This document shows, one piece after another, positions 14,110 to 27,276 of a DNA stretch of 64,000 nucleotides (its first letter is position 1; every line of letters starts with the position of its first letter). Source of the DNA: Octopus vulgaris (taxonomy: Eukaryota); contig OX597816.1 of NCBI GenBank assembly GCA_951406725.2, forward strand, positions 89,156,001 through 89,220,000, read 5' to 3'. The notes beneath the pieces are model-generated. The model saw only the letters and a program-made list of their open reading frames with translations. It ran no database searches and was not told where the DNA came from. Position numbers and translations under genes: made by a program.

Positions 14110-14707
14110 GTTTGTAGACTGCTTTTGATCTTCCGTGAGCAAGCGAGGCACAAATTTTGCTGCAACTCTTTTCATTTGCAATTCATCGTTCAACATTCGT
14201 TGGTAGGAGCTCCAAGACACAACAGTCATGTCAACAAATTCGTCAATTGTCCGGCGGCAGTGCTCCAAGTTCAGTTCATGAATTTTCATGATGTTTTCAT
14301 TCGTTGGTGAGGTCGACGGTCGCTCTGAATGAAAATGATCTTCAAACGACAAGTTACTATTCCTGAAGCATGAAGACCACTCATAAACTTCTGGTTTGCC
14401 CATGGCAGCGTCCTTGTAAGCTGTCTGAAGCATGACAGCTGTTTAGACCGACGTTTTCCTCTGCAGAAAACAGAATTTCACGGAATGTCACTGTTCTTTC
14501 GTTTCAGCTATCACAAAAATCGACCAACAGGTGAGAAGCACTGCAAAACAAAAACGCACCACGTACCAGTATGACCTGAACAGGCGATGCCGGTCGGCTG
14601 ACGCATGCCTGAGGGTTGCAGCAAGTGGCTTCTATCGGCAAAAGCGTGAACTACAACCGGCTTACCCCTCTGAGAACGTTTTCGGTTACTTTTGGGTGCC
14701 ATCTCAA
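14110..14707 (-). mobile_element. mariner transposon 5' fragment
   Basis: ORF 13930..14433 contains mariner HTH text VYEWSSCFR...RPSTS...RRTIDEF...AAKFVPRLLTEDQK. A TIR-like end, GAGATGGCACCCAAAAGTAACCGAAAAC, abuts (TA)n. Confidence 0.85.
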
Positions 14708-14872
14708 ATATATATATATATATATATATACAAAATAAGAAAATGGAGAAATACATCCAAATCAAATATCAACTACCAGATAATACCCAATCACATACTT
14801 TATTAAACCACTACATAAGAAACTTTAAGGTCAAACATAATAATATAGAACAAAACAGTGTACATAAAGGAG

Positions 14873-15030
<158 letters not shown>

Positions 15031-15075
15031 TAGCATGTGTGTATAAACACTTACGTGCGCACACGCCCACACATG

Positions 15076-15111
<36 letters not shown>

Positions 15112-15691
15112 TAAATAAAATAAAACATATGCATATATATAAACATATATGTACGTACCTACCTCTACATGTACATATATATGCATATATGAGTACAGGA
15201 CACCAAAAGGACGTCGAACACAATGAGAAACGAAAACATAGACACAAACCAAAGGAACTGGACATTTTTTAAAACAACAAAAAAAATAGAGTACAGGATA
15301 ATTAACACAAAGAAAAAAACCCTTCTTCAGTCGCTATGGTTTCATCTACTCTACGTTTCGAAGGATACTCCTTTATGTACACTCCTTTATGTACAATGTT
15401 TTGTTCTATATTATTATGTTTGACCTTAAAGTTTCTTATGTAGTGGTTTAATAAAGTATGTGATTAGGTATTATCTGGTAGTTGATATTTGATTTGGATG
15501 TATTTCTCCATTTTCTTATTTTGTATTATGAATTTTTGGTAAAGCATTTTACCTTTGCCCATATAATACAGTAAATGAATTAATTGCATCGCAATTCTTA
15601 ACATTTATGTATTAACTTTGTTGGGTACTTCACTAGCAGTATATTGGATATATGTTATCCCATGGAGGGTTGCATTTACAACCCCTATCTC

Positions 15692-15760
<69 letters not shown>

Positions 15761-15899
15761 TATTTATATATATATATATATACATATATATTAATAGTAA
15801 TTTTATAACAACAAAAGAATGAATGTGACCTCGATATTATTTAAATAGAGGAATTTATCTATCTGTAATATAATATGTGACAGTTATTCGGTTGCCATA

Positions 15900-15958
15900 A
15901 TAAGACTCCGAGTTTCGGATGTCGGAGCGTAAATCTGCTCTGACATCTCGTCTGTTAT
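15900..15958 (-). ncRNA. Type I hammerhead-like motif (U4 mutated)
   Basis: Minus strand: ataa-CAGACGA-gatgtcagagc(agattta)cgctccgacatcc-GAAACTCGGAGTC-ttat. Stem I ataa/ttat, long stem II, GUC site. The inverted copy at 16191-16222 has an intact CTGACGA but an internal deletion. Confidence 0.65.
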
Positions 15959-16338
15959 CAAAGTATGTATGTGTTTTACGCTAGTGTGAGTGAGCATATG
16001 CATATAGGCACATGTACGTGGGTGTGCATGCGCGCATGTATATTTATGTACATGCATACGCGATTTCTATGAGCATTTCTACTTTTTTACTTTATTTTCT
16101 CCCTTCGGTTTTTTCCCTGTATTTAAAGGTCATTCTAATAGCTCATTTTTCTTAGTAACAGTCAATTACATAGTAATTTTTATTGCCCTGATAACTGACG
16201 AGATGCCGGACCAGAGTCTTATTATAGCAACCGAATAATTGTCACATATTATATTACAGATATGTATATATATATATATATTTCGTTTTTGGATTTGGTT
16301 TGCAATATTCTTTATATGAGTTCTTGTGTTGAAGCATA

Positions 16339-16627
16339 TTCTGTTGTGTCTGGGGAGAGTCATTCTCTTTTAGTACCTTATTATTTAACACACTCACCGG
16401 TAAAATTTCCACTTATTTCGTCTTTTTATTTTCCTAAAATTTTCGTTGCGTCTTACCACCTTTTCAATAGTCTTGACTATTAAAAGGGTCAAGACTATTG
16501 AAAAGGTTGCGAGACGCAACGAAAATTTTAGGAAAATAAAAAGACGAAATAAGTGGAAATTTTTACCGGTGAGTGTGTTAAATAATAAGGTACTAAAAGA
16601 GAATGACTCTCCCCAGACACAACAGAA
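16339..16627. repeat. Near-perfect hairpin: ~139-bp inverted arms with a 10-nt loop
   Basis: 16339-16477 is the reverse complement of 16488-16627 with a handful of differences. Loop tattaaaagg. Confidence 0.95.
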
Positions 16628-16887
16628 CATATATATATATATTAATAGTTATCGCCATACTAAAATGGCAGTCTATAAACAAAAGACTAAAGCTGTCGCT
16701 GATTAGCTCCAAGAGACCACCGCCTCTAGCTAGCTACATGACACACGAACCTGCGTCCATTACAACCTTCGAACAGGGGAGGTCAGCTTTAGTCTTATGT
16801 TTATAGACTGCCATATTAGTATGGCGATAACTATTAATATCCAGTAACGCTGCCGTAATCTCCTTTAGAGAGACTTAGTAATTTTAA

Positions 16888-16936
<49 letters not shown>

Positions 16937-16938
<2 letters not shown>

Positions 16939-17030
16939 GATGGGTTTCTTTCAGTTTCTACCAAATCGCTCACAAGGGATTGGTCATCTCGAGACTACAG
17001 TAGAAGACACTTTCCCAAGGTGCCATGCAA
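16937..17030 (-). mobile_element. SINE fragment
   Basis: cgatgggtttctttcagtttctaccaaatcgctcacaagg...tacagtagaagacactttcccaaggtgccatgca, same family as 10840. Confidence 0.6.
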
Positions 17031-19396
17031 TAATAAAAGTGAATATTAATGTTTAGATAATTTGCATAACAATATATATTGTTTGCAATGCTATCTGTAA
17101 GAAAATTAAATACCTAACAGGTCTTATTTATTCATATCCTGGATTAAAATCAAAGAAAAAACGTTTTCATTAGTTGGATTAATATAAAATTGGTTAGATT
17201 TTAGAATCGAGAGAACACCACAGACTATAACTGTAATAGGTATGTTCATAGCAAAATAACTTCATCAACGAATTTGTAAATTTTAAACTTTTTTTAGATG
17301 TGATTTCTGGGGTAAATATCATGTTTAAAGACACAAGGGAAGGAAATGAAGCAGATTTATCCAACCATTAAGAATGATAAGAAATTTCAACATATGCTAC
17401 AGTCACTAATATTGACCTCAGACTTGATGTATCTCCCATTCTCAAAATATTCAAAACATAAAGTGCTATAAAACAACAGAGCAAGGAATTTGGTCTTACA
17501 CTTTATCCCTTCTGTTATTTTCTATAAATCTATGCAAAAAAATATATAACAAAATGTATGGGGAAACTAATACACTGTTGTTTCAGTTGTAGAGAGACTG
17601 GAGAAAAGCATTAGAAATTATTACCAAAGAAGCATATTGCAAAGAAGCCAATAAATTTTTGAACGCCAAGATGTGAGCCAATGTCAGAAAGGTTTGTGGA
17701 AAGTGAAATTCCGTAACGAAAATTCCAAGCACTGGAACATTTTTAAGATCCTGGCACAAGGCCAGATCTTTCCCAACAGAAACTGCTAAAAATATATGCT
17801 AAAGCAGAATATGTGGAAACTGAGGCAACAGTCAATCGATTGAAGTTACCTTTTCTTTTCTTTTTCTTTCTTTTTTTTCCTTTTGGCTTCCCAAACTAAA
17901 TTTATTCAAATGTTGGAGGGTTTAGACGATAGGAAATAAGGAATACTCAAGAGAAAAGGTTATATAAACATAATTAATGGGACCAAAGCAAAGACGACGT
18001 GGCTATACTCCTATCCAACTAAATCAAAAATATATGTAAATAGAACGAATATATTTTCAACTACGCTCAGGAAATTTGGAGTGTGTTGATAACGAATCTA
18101 TTGGAAAAAAGTACAATATATTTCTGATAAAAGAAAAGATTCACCAACATTTTTGATTGTCTATCATATCGAAGGCTTTAGATCTGCAATGAAACCAGAT
18201 CTGTTACCAATTTGTATGATTAAGAGTTACCACATGCAGTGAAGAATTACAATAAACACTGCAGTGAGTCGGACATGCACGCTCGACCTAACAACCAACG
18301 ACAGTCACCAAATTATTTGCTATTGCCTTCGGTAGTTGTTAAGTATGTCCTTATTGCTTTGGTTTCCCTTTTTCGTGAGAGCAGCTCTGTTTTTTTGTTT
18401 GTTTGTATTTTTCAATTAACACAGTTACGAATGTCGCCTGTATCTTGTCAAATGAGAAAGGTGTCTTCCAACGAGAGATATCAATAAGAGTTAGAAGCAT
18501 AGATTATCAAATCCAGAAAAATAGCCCCTAGTACACCTACTCAAAACCTACTGCGGTTCAGCTACAATTATAGGGGTTTCGGACCACTCCAACTCTTTGC
18601 TTTAAAGCCTCATAAACCGATGAGTTGGGCAGTTAAAATCCACCGTGTGTGGACTCAGTGCTCTTAACCTCGAACGTTTAGAGAAAATGCTTCTCGAAAG
18701 CTATGTACATGCTTGGATTCGAGCGCTTGGTAGTACAATGAAAGAACGCTAAAGAAATATGTCTGCCGAAAACAAGAACAACATCAAGAGTAACAGAAGC
18801 AAAATATAAAAAAAATCCTTCAAGCAAAAAAGAAAATGAGTGCAATCTGAGATTAAAAGCAGAATAAAATATTAACCATAGAAAATAAAGTAAACACTAT
18901 CACGAATACATGAAGAATATTATCCATCATACATAACATCACGAGTAAAAGAAAACCAACAAACCAAACTGGAGTTATACTTCTGTATCTAAATTAAAGC
19001 TAAATCTGTAACCAACAGCCCGAAAAACTAATACTACAGATGAAATAAAATATAACCAAAAGGGAGTAAATTGATTTAATGTGGTTTTTTTTTGCTTTTT
19101 GTTTTTTGTTGGTTATTTTTTTTACATTTTATGATTTATGGTTTATATATATATATTTTATGATATATTTTACATTTTATGATTTATGGTTTATATATAT
19201 ATATTTTTTAGCGAAATTATATTTTATAAGCTTGAAGTAATTTCAAAATTTCGTAACGCATTATATTCTCTTATTTTTCGTTTTTTGTTTCGTTTTTGAT
19301 GCTTTTTAATTAAGACATTTTGGTTTGTTGTGCCACCTGTTTAGGATTTTCTTCGGCAAATGAGATTTCAGAATTGATAAAAGAATAATAAAAATA

Positions 19397-19430
<34 letters not shown>

Positions 19431-21176
19431 GTTGGTGGTGTTATTGATGTTGTTATCATGGTTATATTTTAAGAGCATACATGCATGCATCAGTCTTTTC
19501 GAGAAATATATAAGTAGACAAATATAAGCAGAGACGTATATAGAATTAAACACATTTTCTTCATCAAACAGACAGACACGCACACACACACAAATACACA
19601 TATACACGCAGTCATAGAACACATACATACACACACACGAGCACTCAAGCTAACACATACCTATACATATGACTACTAAAACAAATATGTGTGTAGCTAT
19701 AAATATATGATTATGTACATATATAATTATACATGCGCATACATATATATACCTATACATGTATATATATATAATATATGTGTGTGCGTGTGGGTATGCA
19801 TGTGCTTATGATTATGTGCATATATATATATATATACACGTATGCATATATGTGTGTGTGCATATATTTATACACACATGCATACATACACAAATATATA
19901 TATATGTCTATATAAATATATATATATATATATATAGATAAGTTGATAGATTTATACTACATATATATATATGCATATATACGTGTAATTTAACAAAATA
20001 TGTTAGTATGTATGTGCATATATGCGTGTAATTTAGCAAAATAATTAATGTTTTAATCCGTGACGTCAGCAATGATAAGGAGGCGGATACTAATTAATGT
20101 AGCAGTTGCAATCCGTATTATTATTACAAGTGGAGAAACATATATTACAAAAACGGTAATACGCTGCTTCATACATACAGAAATGAGACACGAAATAAGA
20201 GACGATGTTGAGTGGGATCGTGAGAGATAAATTAAAGAGACAAAAGACAAGAAAGAAAGTAAAAAAGGAAGGATAAGAAAGAAAGTAGAAATACATGTCA
20301 CACATAAATAAAGCGTTCCCTGAGTAACAGAATCATGTGTACTGCAAAGAAAATTTAATTTGCAAATGCACACAAATTCGAAGCCATATGCGCATACGCT
20401 GAAATAGAAAGAAAGAAAGAAAGAAAGAAAGAAAAAGAAAAATGAAAGAAATAAGAAAGATAAAAGACAGAAAGAAAGCAAGAAGACAGGCAGACAGGCA
20501 GACAGACAGAAAGAAAGAAAGAAAGAAAGAAAGAAAAAGAAATAAGAAAGAAAGAATATTAGTATAGAAGAAAGAATGAAAGAACTAAGAAGAAAAAATC
20601 TTACGAAATATAAAACTGATAACGAATTAAATAAGGTAGCAAAAAGAGTGAAATTCCTGAGCGGAAGAAAGAAAGCAACAAAGTTTCAAAATATCATTTA
20701 AAGAAATGAAAGAATAAAAAATAGATAAAAACGTATGTTGAATAAAATGACTGCATGCTTACGATTATACATTAACGAGCAATCAATATTTCTTTAAACT
20801 TCAACGATTTTCAAAATCTGTCAAATGATGGAATCCGTTATTTTGGAAAAATTAACCACGCAGTGGTGCGGTTGATGTGAAAAGAAAAAATATAAGTTGG
20901 CCAATATTTTTTATGTTTTTTTCTCTTTTTCTTTGTCATGGGTTGTTGCACTTTTTACCCTTTATTTACTTAGTATCAAAAGACATACGATAGAATGAGT
21001 CACTGTAAATAGAGTTAATAATTAAAAATGTTAAGGCCTACCGTCAACATTTTATTAACTAGATTAGCCGTGTCTTGCTAACAAGGGTTTTCGAAAATAC
21101 ATACATATAAGAAAATTGAGAAAATAAAAATAAATTAATTAATATTTTATTTATTATTTACAAAAGTAGACATAAT

Positions 21177-21255
21177 CTCTGACAGCTGTTTCGATTCAGT
21201 TTTTAGAAATTAATTAAAATAATTAAATCATTATAAATTTGTATCTCGTCAGAGG
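21177..21255 (-). ncRNA. Type I hammerhead-like motif
   Basis: Minus strand: cct-CTGACGA-gatac...gaatc-GAAACAGCTGTC-agag. Intact core, palindrome ACAGCTGT, GUC site, weak stem I. Confidence 0.6.
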
Positions 21256-21334
21256 TAGAAAATAGGTATACCATTGTATGGAGCATTTCGGCTACACACA
21301 CACACACACAACAGACACATACACTCAAACAAAC

Positions 21335-21417
<83 letters not shown>

Positions 21418-21615
21418 TTAGAGGATATATTAAACTCATAAAGGATTATTTCATCCCAAAAATCACTGGTTCTATACCAAATATATTTGGAGTAAATAAA
21501 ATGTCCCTAAATCAGTGGGTATATATTATGCATATAATCCGTATTCGCTTAAAAGCAGAAAAGAAAATAGAAAGTTGAAGCATAATAAATATTTATTAAT
21601 AAAATGGTGCTTCAT

Positions 21616-21714
21616 ATTTCTTACAGCTGTTTCAATTGTGCTTATTAAATAAATCACAAATTTATGGTTTAAATTTGCATTTATATTGTATAAACATAAT
21701 CTTATCAGGGAAAA
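21616..21714 (-). ncRNA. Type I hammerhead-like motif (G8>A)
   Basis: Minus strand: tttcc-CTGATAA-gattatgtttat...ataagcacaatt-GAAACAGCTGTA-agaaa. Long pairable stem II, palindrome ACAGCTGT, GUA site. Confidence 0.6.
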
Positions 21715-22039
21715 AGATATACAATAAAAGATTGCATGTTGACTTCTTGGTTCATACTGGCAGACAAAGTATATGAAGTCATTTTATTTTTATTTGTGTG
21801 TGTGAGGTGTAACGGATTAATTTGAATATAATAATTAATAAATTGAAATAAGTTAGAATAAAATAAAGTAATATAAAAAGTAAATACATTAAAAATAATA
21901 AATGTTATAAAATATCAAATAGTTAAGATAAAAATAAATATAAAGTAAATGAATAAATAAAAGCAGAACAAATAGAATTAGAAGGAATATAATAGACTCT
22001 ATGCATTGATCAGTGCTCATTGGCTGGAGAAAATTAAAT

Positions 22040-23010
22040 TAGTTTACATATGTTTAAGCGTTTCAGAAAATATCAAATCATAACGGTTTAACAATAAGTG
22101 CGTGTGTGTGGAATTATATAATAATGAAAGACACACGAACGAACCTAATACCTGTATTAAAAGAAATCGAAAAATAACCAATGAAAGTATCTGGTTTAAT
22201 CCGATCTTTAATTCACAAGTAAAATCCGAAATTTTTCCCAGCAATAGATAGTCACTTCCCCCAAATCTTCCAAACATCACAAAATCTTAAACAGACACAA
22301 TGTAAAAGTAGCATACGCAACTTCCCACATACATAAACTAAATAACACGAAGCTAAATAGAATAAAGCCATAGGAGATATATAAACTAACCACGGCTAAC
22401 AGAACTGTAACCAATGATAGAATGGAAAATATTGGTAGTAAAAAGTCATCAATAGCAAAGACAAATCCAAACAATATCACAAAATTAGAAGTACAATACA
22501 TACATAAGGAAAATCAGTGCACGATTACGAAAGGAAGAAGGAAGAGGACCACCAATAGTAACTCCACAATAAAAAGGCATAAAATAGTATCAAGTGTAAC
22601 TTCAGACGTAAAGACGAATGCAGGTTCAGTAACAACTGCATGATACGAAATGTAGTGTACAAATGTGAGGTGAAGGCAAATACGCCGAAATATGTTTACA
22701 TTGGTAGTACCGCAGGCACCATGAAAAATCGTGTGAGAAACCATCACTCCTCATTTTCCAACATAAATTAAAGACACTCTAAATTTTTGCCGAACCTTGT
22801 CTGGCTGTTAAAACAGAATGGAATAGAATACACAACCCACTGGTCAATTAGAAAAAAATGCTACACCTTATAACGGGACTTCATGAGTATGCAACATATG
22901 CCCTGAAGAAATCCTGGAATTAATAATATCCAAGGAAAAGGTAATAAACAGATACTCTGAGATGGTCATATCATGCAAGCATAGAAATAAATTTGCTATT
23001 TATTACCTTA
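22040..23010 (+). mobile_element. Penelope-like element 3' relic (RT linker, Cys cluster, GIY-YIG endonuclease), probably Naiad-type
   Basis: Interrupted translation: SIWFNPIFNSQVKS...AIDSHFP...HKILNRHNVKVAYA; CNFRRKDECRFSNNCMIRNVVYKCEV...YVYIGSTAGTMKNRVRNHHSSF; LVWLLKQNGIEYTTHWSI; CNICPEEILELI; SCKHRNKF. Confidence 0.85.
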
Positions 23011-23457
23011 GATACAGAAAAAAGTCACTAATTAGACAAACTTACAAATTTGCTGAACAGTTTTGTATAATAAATTAAAGAGATGAGAACTGTAAAGAGT
23101 GATAATTAGAAGAACTGGCATTCTTTACTACAATATTTTAAGTAAAAAGTTTCTTATTCTTTACTTTACTAGAAATAATATCTTGCCCTATACTTTTACA
23201 GGTGTAATATAACTCGTCCTGTACTTTTACAGGTTTATAATCTTAAGAATATTACTTTTCATGCTGGCATTTTTCCATGTAATATATATATATAAATTAG
23301 GGTATCTGAAAGATACCACCATGCTGAAATAGCAGTCAATCCCTGACCTTAAAACCTCCTCAGATACCCTAATTTATAGTTTTAAATAATTATTACCTTT
23401 GTATGGTATTTATTCCCATGCTGACCACTTGATAAGATCGGTATTTAAATATTCATA

Positions 23458-23539
<82 letters not shown>

Positions 23540-24934
23540 TTTATGCATACATACATACATACATGTAGACACATATATGTAACAGAGGGAATATAATGAA
23601 GCCGATTAAAAATAACTACAATATAAGGAAATTTTCCATGGGAACGTTTATATACTACTTGGAGGTATTATTTTTCTTCAGCCTTAATAGTGAAATTTAT
23701 AATCATCACTACATCATTTCGTTTATATTTATGCATTTTGAACACTTTTATTTTTACTCTCCAGTAGAATATGCTTCTCTTAAAATCTGTAATTAGACCG
23801 ATATACTATATTAGATTTTTTGCCTTGTCTTTTCGTTTATTTTAAACACCCTCAGAGAAAAAAAGAGAGAGAGAGAGAGCGGGGACAGAGAGAGAGAAAG
23901 GGAGAGAGAGAGAGAGAGCTTAAGAGAAGGTTTGTCTACTAATTGCTCATGCAATCACAATCGATCGGTTTTTCTTCCGACTATATTACATATGTGATAC
24001 CTTGTAGTATTTCTACTTAGTATGCAGGATACTGAGTTGTCGTGATAATTTACACAAATTTCACATAGCTTTTATATTGATATGTATTGTCATGCTAATC
24101 TGTTGACTTATCTGTTTTGATTTTCTTCAATATCCTTGATGTTCGTCAATTATCAAGATGCATATAAGTCCACAATGATTGCGTCATTATGTTATATATT
24201 ATTCCATAATGCAACAATCGAAAACATAATTTCCCTGTATTCTGCTCAATTCATACTAAATTTCATATTAGTATTATCGACATTTGCCTTATCCACTACG
24301 AGAGTTTTTTTCCTTTCAATTGTCTTTGATAATCTTCAGTTACACACAGTTACACGTATTTTATTTCCTTCCAAAAATGATTTTCACACGCACCTGTAAT
24401 CATGACAAACTGTAGGTTTACAATTTCTATGATGTTTAACTGAATACTTTGGGCAACTTATTTTTTTCAGTGAATATGTCACATATTTAAAATGCAGAAA
24501 AACATTACAGTCGTATCCGGAGTTCGATATTCGTTTGTTCATTTAACTTATAATTTTAATGAATTTTGATCATATGATGAAATTTTGAATTTAATTCTAT
24601 TTGCATATTTATTTATCTATTTTTGGTATCCATGAAAAGTAGACTCATCATTTGAACTCCTCATCACACTAAAGTATCAAACACAATTTATTCACAGCAA
24701 ATCAAATGTTCTATTTTATACTGTGATATTTTCTTTTATTAAAAAATCGGAAAATTGACTGACTTTGAGTATGCAATTACCCGGAAAGAAATACAGTGGA
24801 TACGACTATATATATACATAAATATATATGTGTGTGCGATTGTGTATAATTGTGTCTTTATGCACGCATTTGTGTATGTATATTTATGCACAAACACAAA
24901 CATATATGTATATATGTGTACATGTATTTATGTA

Positions 24935-26190
24935 CGAGGGGTGTATGAAAAGATTCGAGCCTAACCTAGAAACGGGGCTGCTAGGTAACTAAAACAATTT
25001 TTTCTGGTAAGTACAGTCTTCTGGGAGTATTCTTGCTTATTTTCATGATTCTGATATTTTAATTTTTTTTGTTGCAGATTTTTGAATAAACAAGTGTCGA
25101 GGTTACAAGGAAAATGGAGAAAACTGAGTATCTTGCTGTCATAAAGTACCTTCATTTGAAAGGTATGATTCAATCAGAAACCCATGAAGATATGGTGAGA
25201 AGCTTAACAGACAATGCTCCTTCATATGCAAGAGTCAAGCGCTAGGTAAATGAATTCCAGCGTAGCAGGGAGAGTGTGGAAATATGATCCGAGACCAGGG
25301 AGACCTCCAACTGCAGCAACGTTGACAACCTTGACCTTGCTCTTGGTATGATAATGCAAGATCACCGAATATCATATCATCAGATAGCCGAGAGACTGAG
25401 CGTCTCAACTGAAAGAGCAGACAACATTGTGACAAAAGAACTTGAGTTCTTTTTTCCTAAATAGAAACGTACCAGGTACACTTTGTCCATGAGCAATCTG
25501 GGACTGTTTGAAGCCGACGAAGAGAATTTTCTTGCTCATTTCATTACTATGGAAGAAAGTTGAGTTCATCACTACCAGCCTGAAACCAAAGAACAACCAA
25601 AGCAGTGGAAGCACACATTTTCTCCTACCCCAAAGAAGGCCAGGGTCATTCCTTTATCTGGCAAGGTCATGGCGTCAGTTTTGGGGGAATTCTCAAGATG
25701 TCTTGCTGATCGATTACCTTGAAAAGGGTCACACCGTGACAGGGCTGTATTATTCTCAGCTACTGAAACGTCTAAAGCAATCAAAGAAAAAAGTCCGGGA
25801 ATGCTCACCAGAGGAGTCCTTTTTCATCACGACAGTGCTCCAGCCCTCATCTCAGTGGTTGCCATGGAATCAATGTGTGATTGTGGCTACGAACCTGTTC
25901 CCCATCCGCCTTATTTGCCAGACTTGGCCCTCTCTGACTTTCATCTATTCACAAAAATGAAAAATGCCTTGGCTGGTTGACATTTTGCCAGTGACAAAGA
26001 TGTCATAGACGCTGTAGGAAGTTTCTTGGAGTCTCAAAAAAAATGAATTTCTCTACGCCAGGATAATGGCGCTTCAGCACGCTGGAAAAAGAGTTTAGCC
26101 ATCGAGGGGGACTATGTGGAAAAATAAATCATCAGAAGTGTTGTACTATGTTTTGTTTTTTTGAAGCTCAAGACTTTTCATACACCCCTG
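24935..26190 (+). mobile_element. Full-length decayed mariner transposon
   Basis: TIRs CGAGGGGTGTATGAAAAGATTCGAGC and GCTCAAGACTTTTCATACACCCCTG, TA on both sides. Pseudo-transposase from MEKTEYLAVIKYLHLKG (25114) through LFHHDSAP and HPPYLPDLALSDFHLF to GDYVEK* (26127), with stops and frameshifts. Confidence 0.92.
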
Positions 26191-26879
26191 TAATATGTAT
26201 GCATATATATATATATGTATATATGTATATTTGCATGTATTTATCTATGTACGTATGTATATATGTATGCATGTATGTAAGTACGTACGTACGTATGGAT
26301 GGATGGATGTATATATGTATGTACGTATAAAGAAACAGTGTATACGAGGAACAGTTTTCTTTTTTACATGTTATAAAGGAAACACAACTATGGTCTAATT
26401 TGATCATTCTAATCAAAGTTTTTACTTGTCTGCTTTGCAGGCTCTTATGGTTCGTTTAGAACAATAAAGTTTCCGAATCAAATTTAACGTCGCTTCCAGG
26501 CTATATTAGCCTAAGGGTGTAAACTGGTCTTTTCCTCTGTGCTGCCCTTTTTAACATTGTCAATTTATGTTCATAAAGGCATTTTTCCAAAATCATATTG
26601 CTAAGAGTTCTCCGTTATCAGATTAGTATATTTCGCGCTTGTATGTAGTAGAATGATTTTAGTCTTGTGTTACATTAGTTTAGCTCCCATAAACAATCTT
26701 CTATATCTGTTGGGAATTCTATAACTTATAAGCGTATTTTCAACTAATATATTTATATTTAGCTTTAAGTTATCGTGTGGGTGTTTAGTGTGTGGTGATT
26801 TATCCTTGTTTTAAGTAAATGATGAGACTACAACAGAATGCTGTACTAGTCTGTTCAATGTAACAGATGGAATTGTGAG

Positions 26880-27173
26880 GTTTGCAGCATTACATTATTT
26901 ACATTATTTAGAATTAACGGATATTTGTCATCATCTTGTTTGCTGTTAACACAACATTTCGCCTGATATACCCTCCAACCTTCTTCAAGTGTCTTGTGGA
27001 AATTACGAACCTGGGTTCTCATTCCTAAGGTATTTTTCGATGTTGCTATTATTATTGTTGTTGTTGTTGTTGTTGTTATTATTATTATTATCATTATCCT
27101 TATTCAGGTCACTATCTGGAATCGAACTCGGAATCTTGGGTTAGGAGGCGGCGCTCTTAACCACTAAGCCATA
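26880..27173 (-). mobile_element. tRNA-headed SINE-like element with a hammerhead-bearing tail
   Basis: Minus strand: TGGCTTAGTGG (A box) ... GAGTTCGATTCC (B box) at 27173-27103, then an (AAT/AAC)n spacer, then a tail containing gacac-TTGAAGA-aggttg...caggc-GAAATGTT-gtgtt (26993-26948). Confidence 0.75.
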
Positions 27174-27230
27174 ATAACAACATCGAAAAAACATATTAGG
27201 AATGAGAGCCCAGGTTCGAAATTTCCCCAA

Positions 27231-27276
27231 GACACCTGATGAAGGCTGGTGGGTATATCTGCCGAAACGTTGTGTT
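27231..27276 (+). ncRNA. Minimal type I hammerhead ribozyme motif
   Basis: GACAC-CTGATGA-a-ggctggt(gggtat)atctgcc-GAAACGTT-GTGTT. Stem I GACAC/GTGTT, palindromic stem III ACGT. Lies in an inverted copy (27174-27345) of the SINE tail. Confidence 0.75.

Noticed and set aside
22590-23000. Selenocysteine recoding, as reported for some Naiad PLEs
   Set aside because: The conserved Cys positions I could read are TGT/TGC (one is TTC), not TGA, and no SECIS is recognisable.
27103-27173. Functional tRNA gene
   Set aside because: A and B boxes are present but the acceptor stem is incomplete and it is fused to a repeat tail. Treated as a SINE head.
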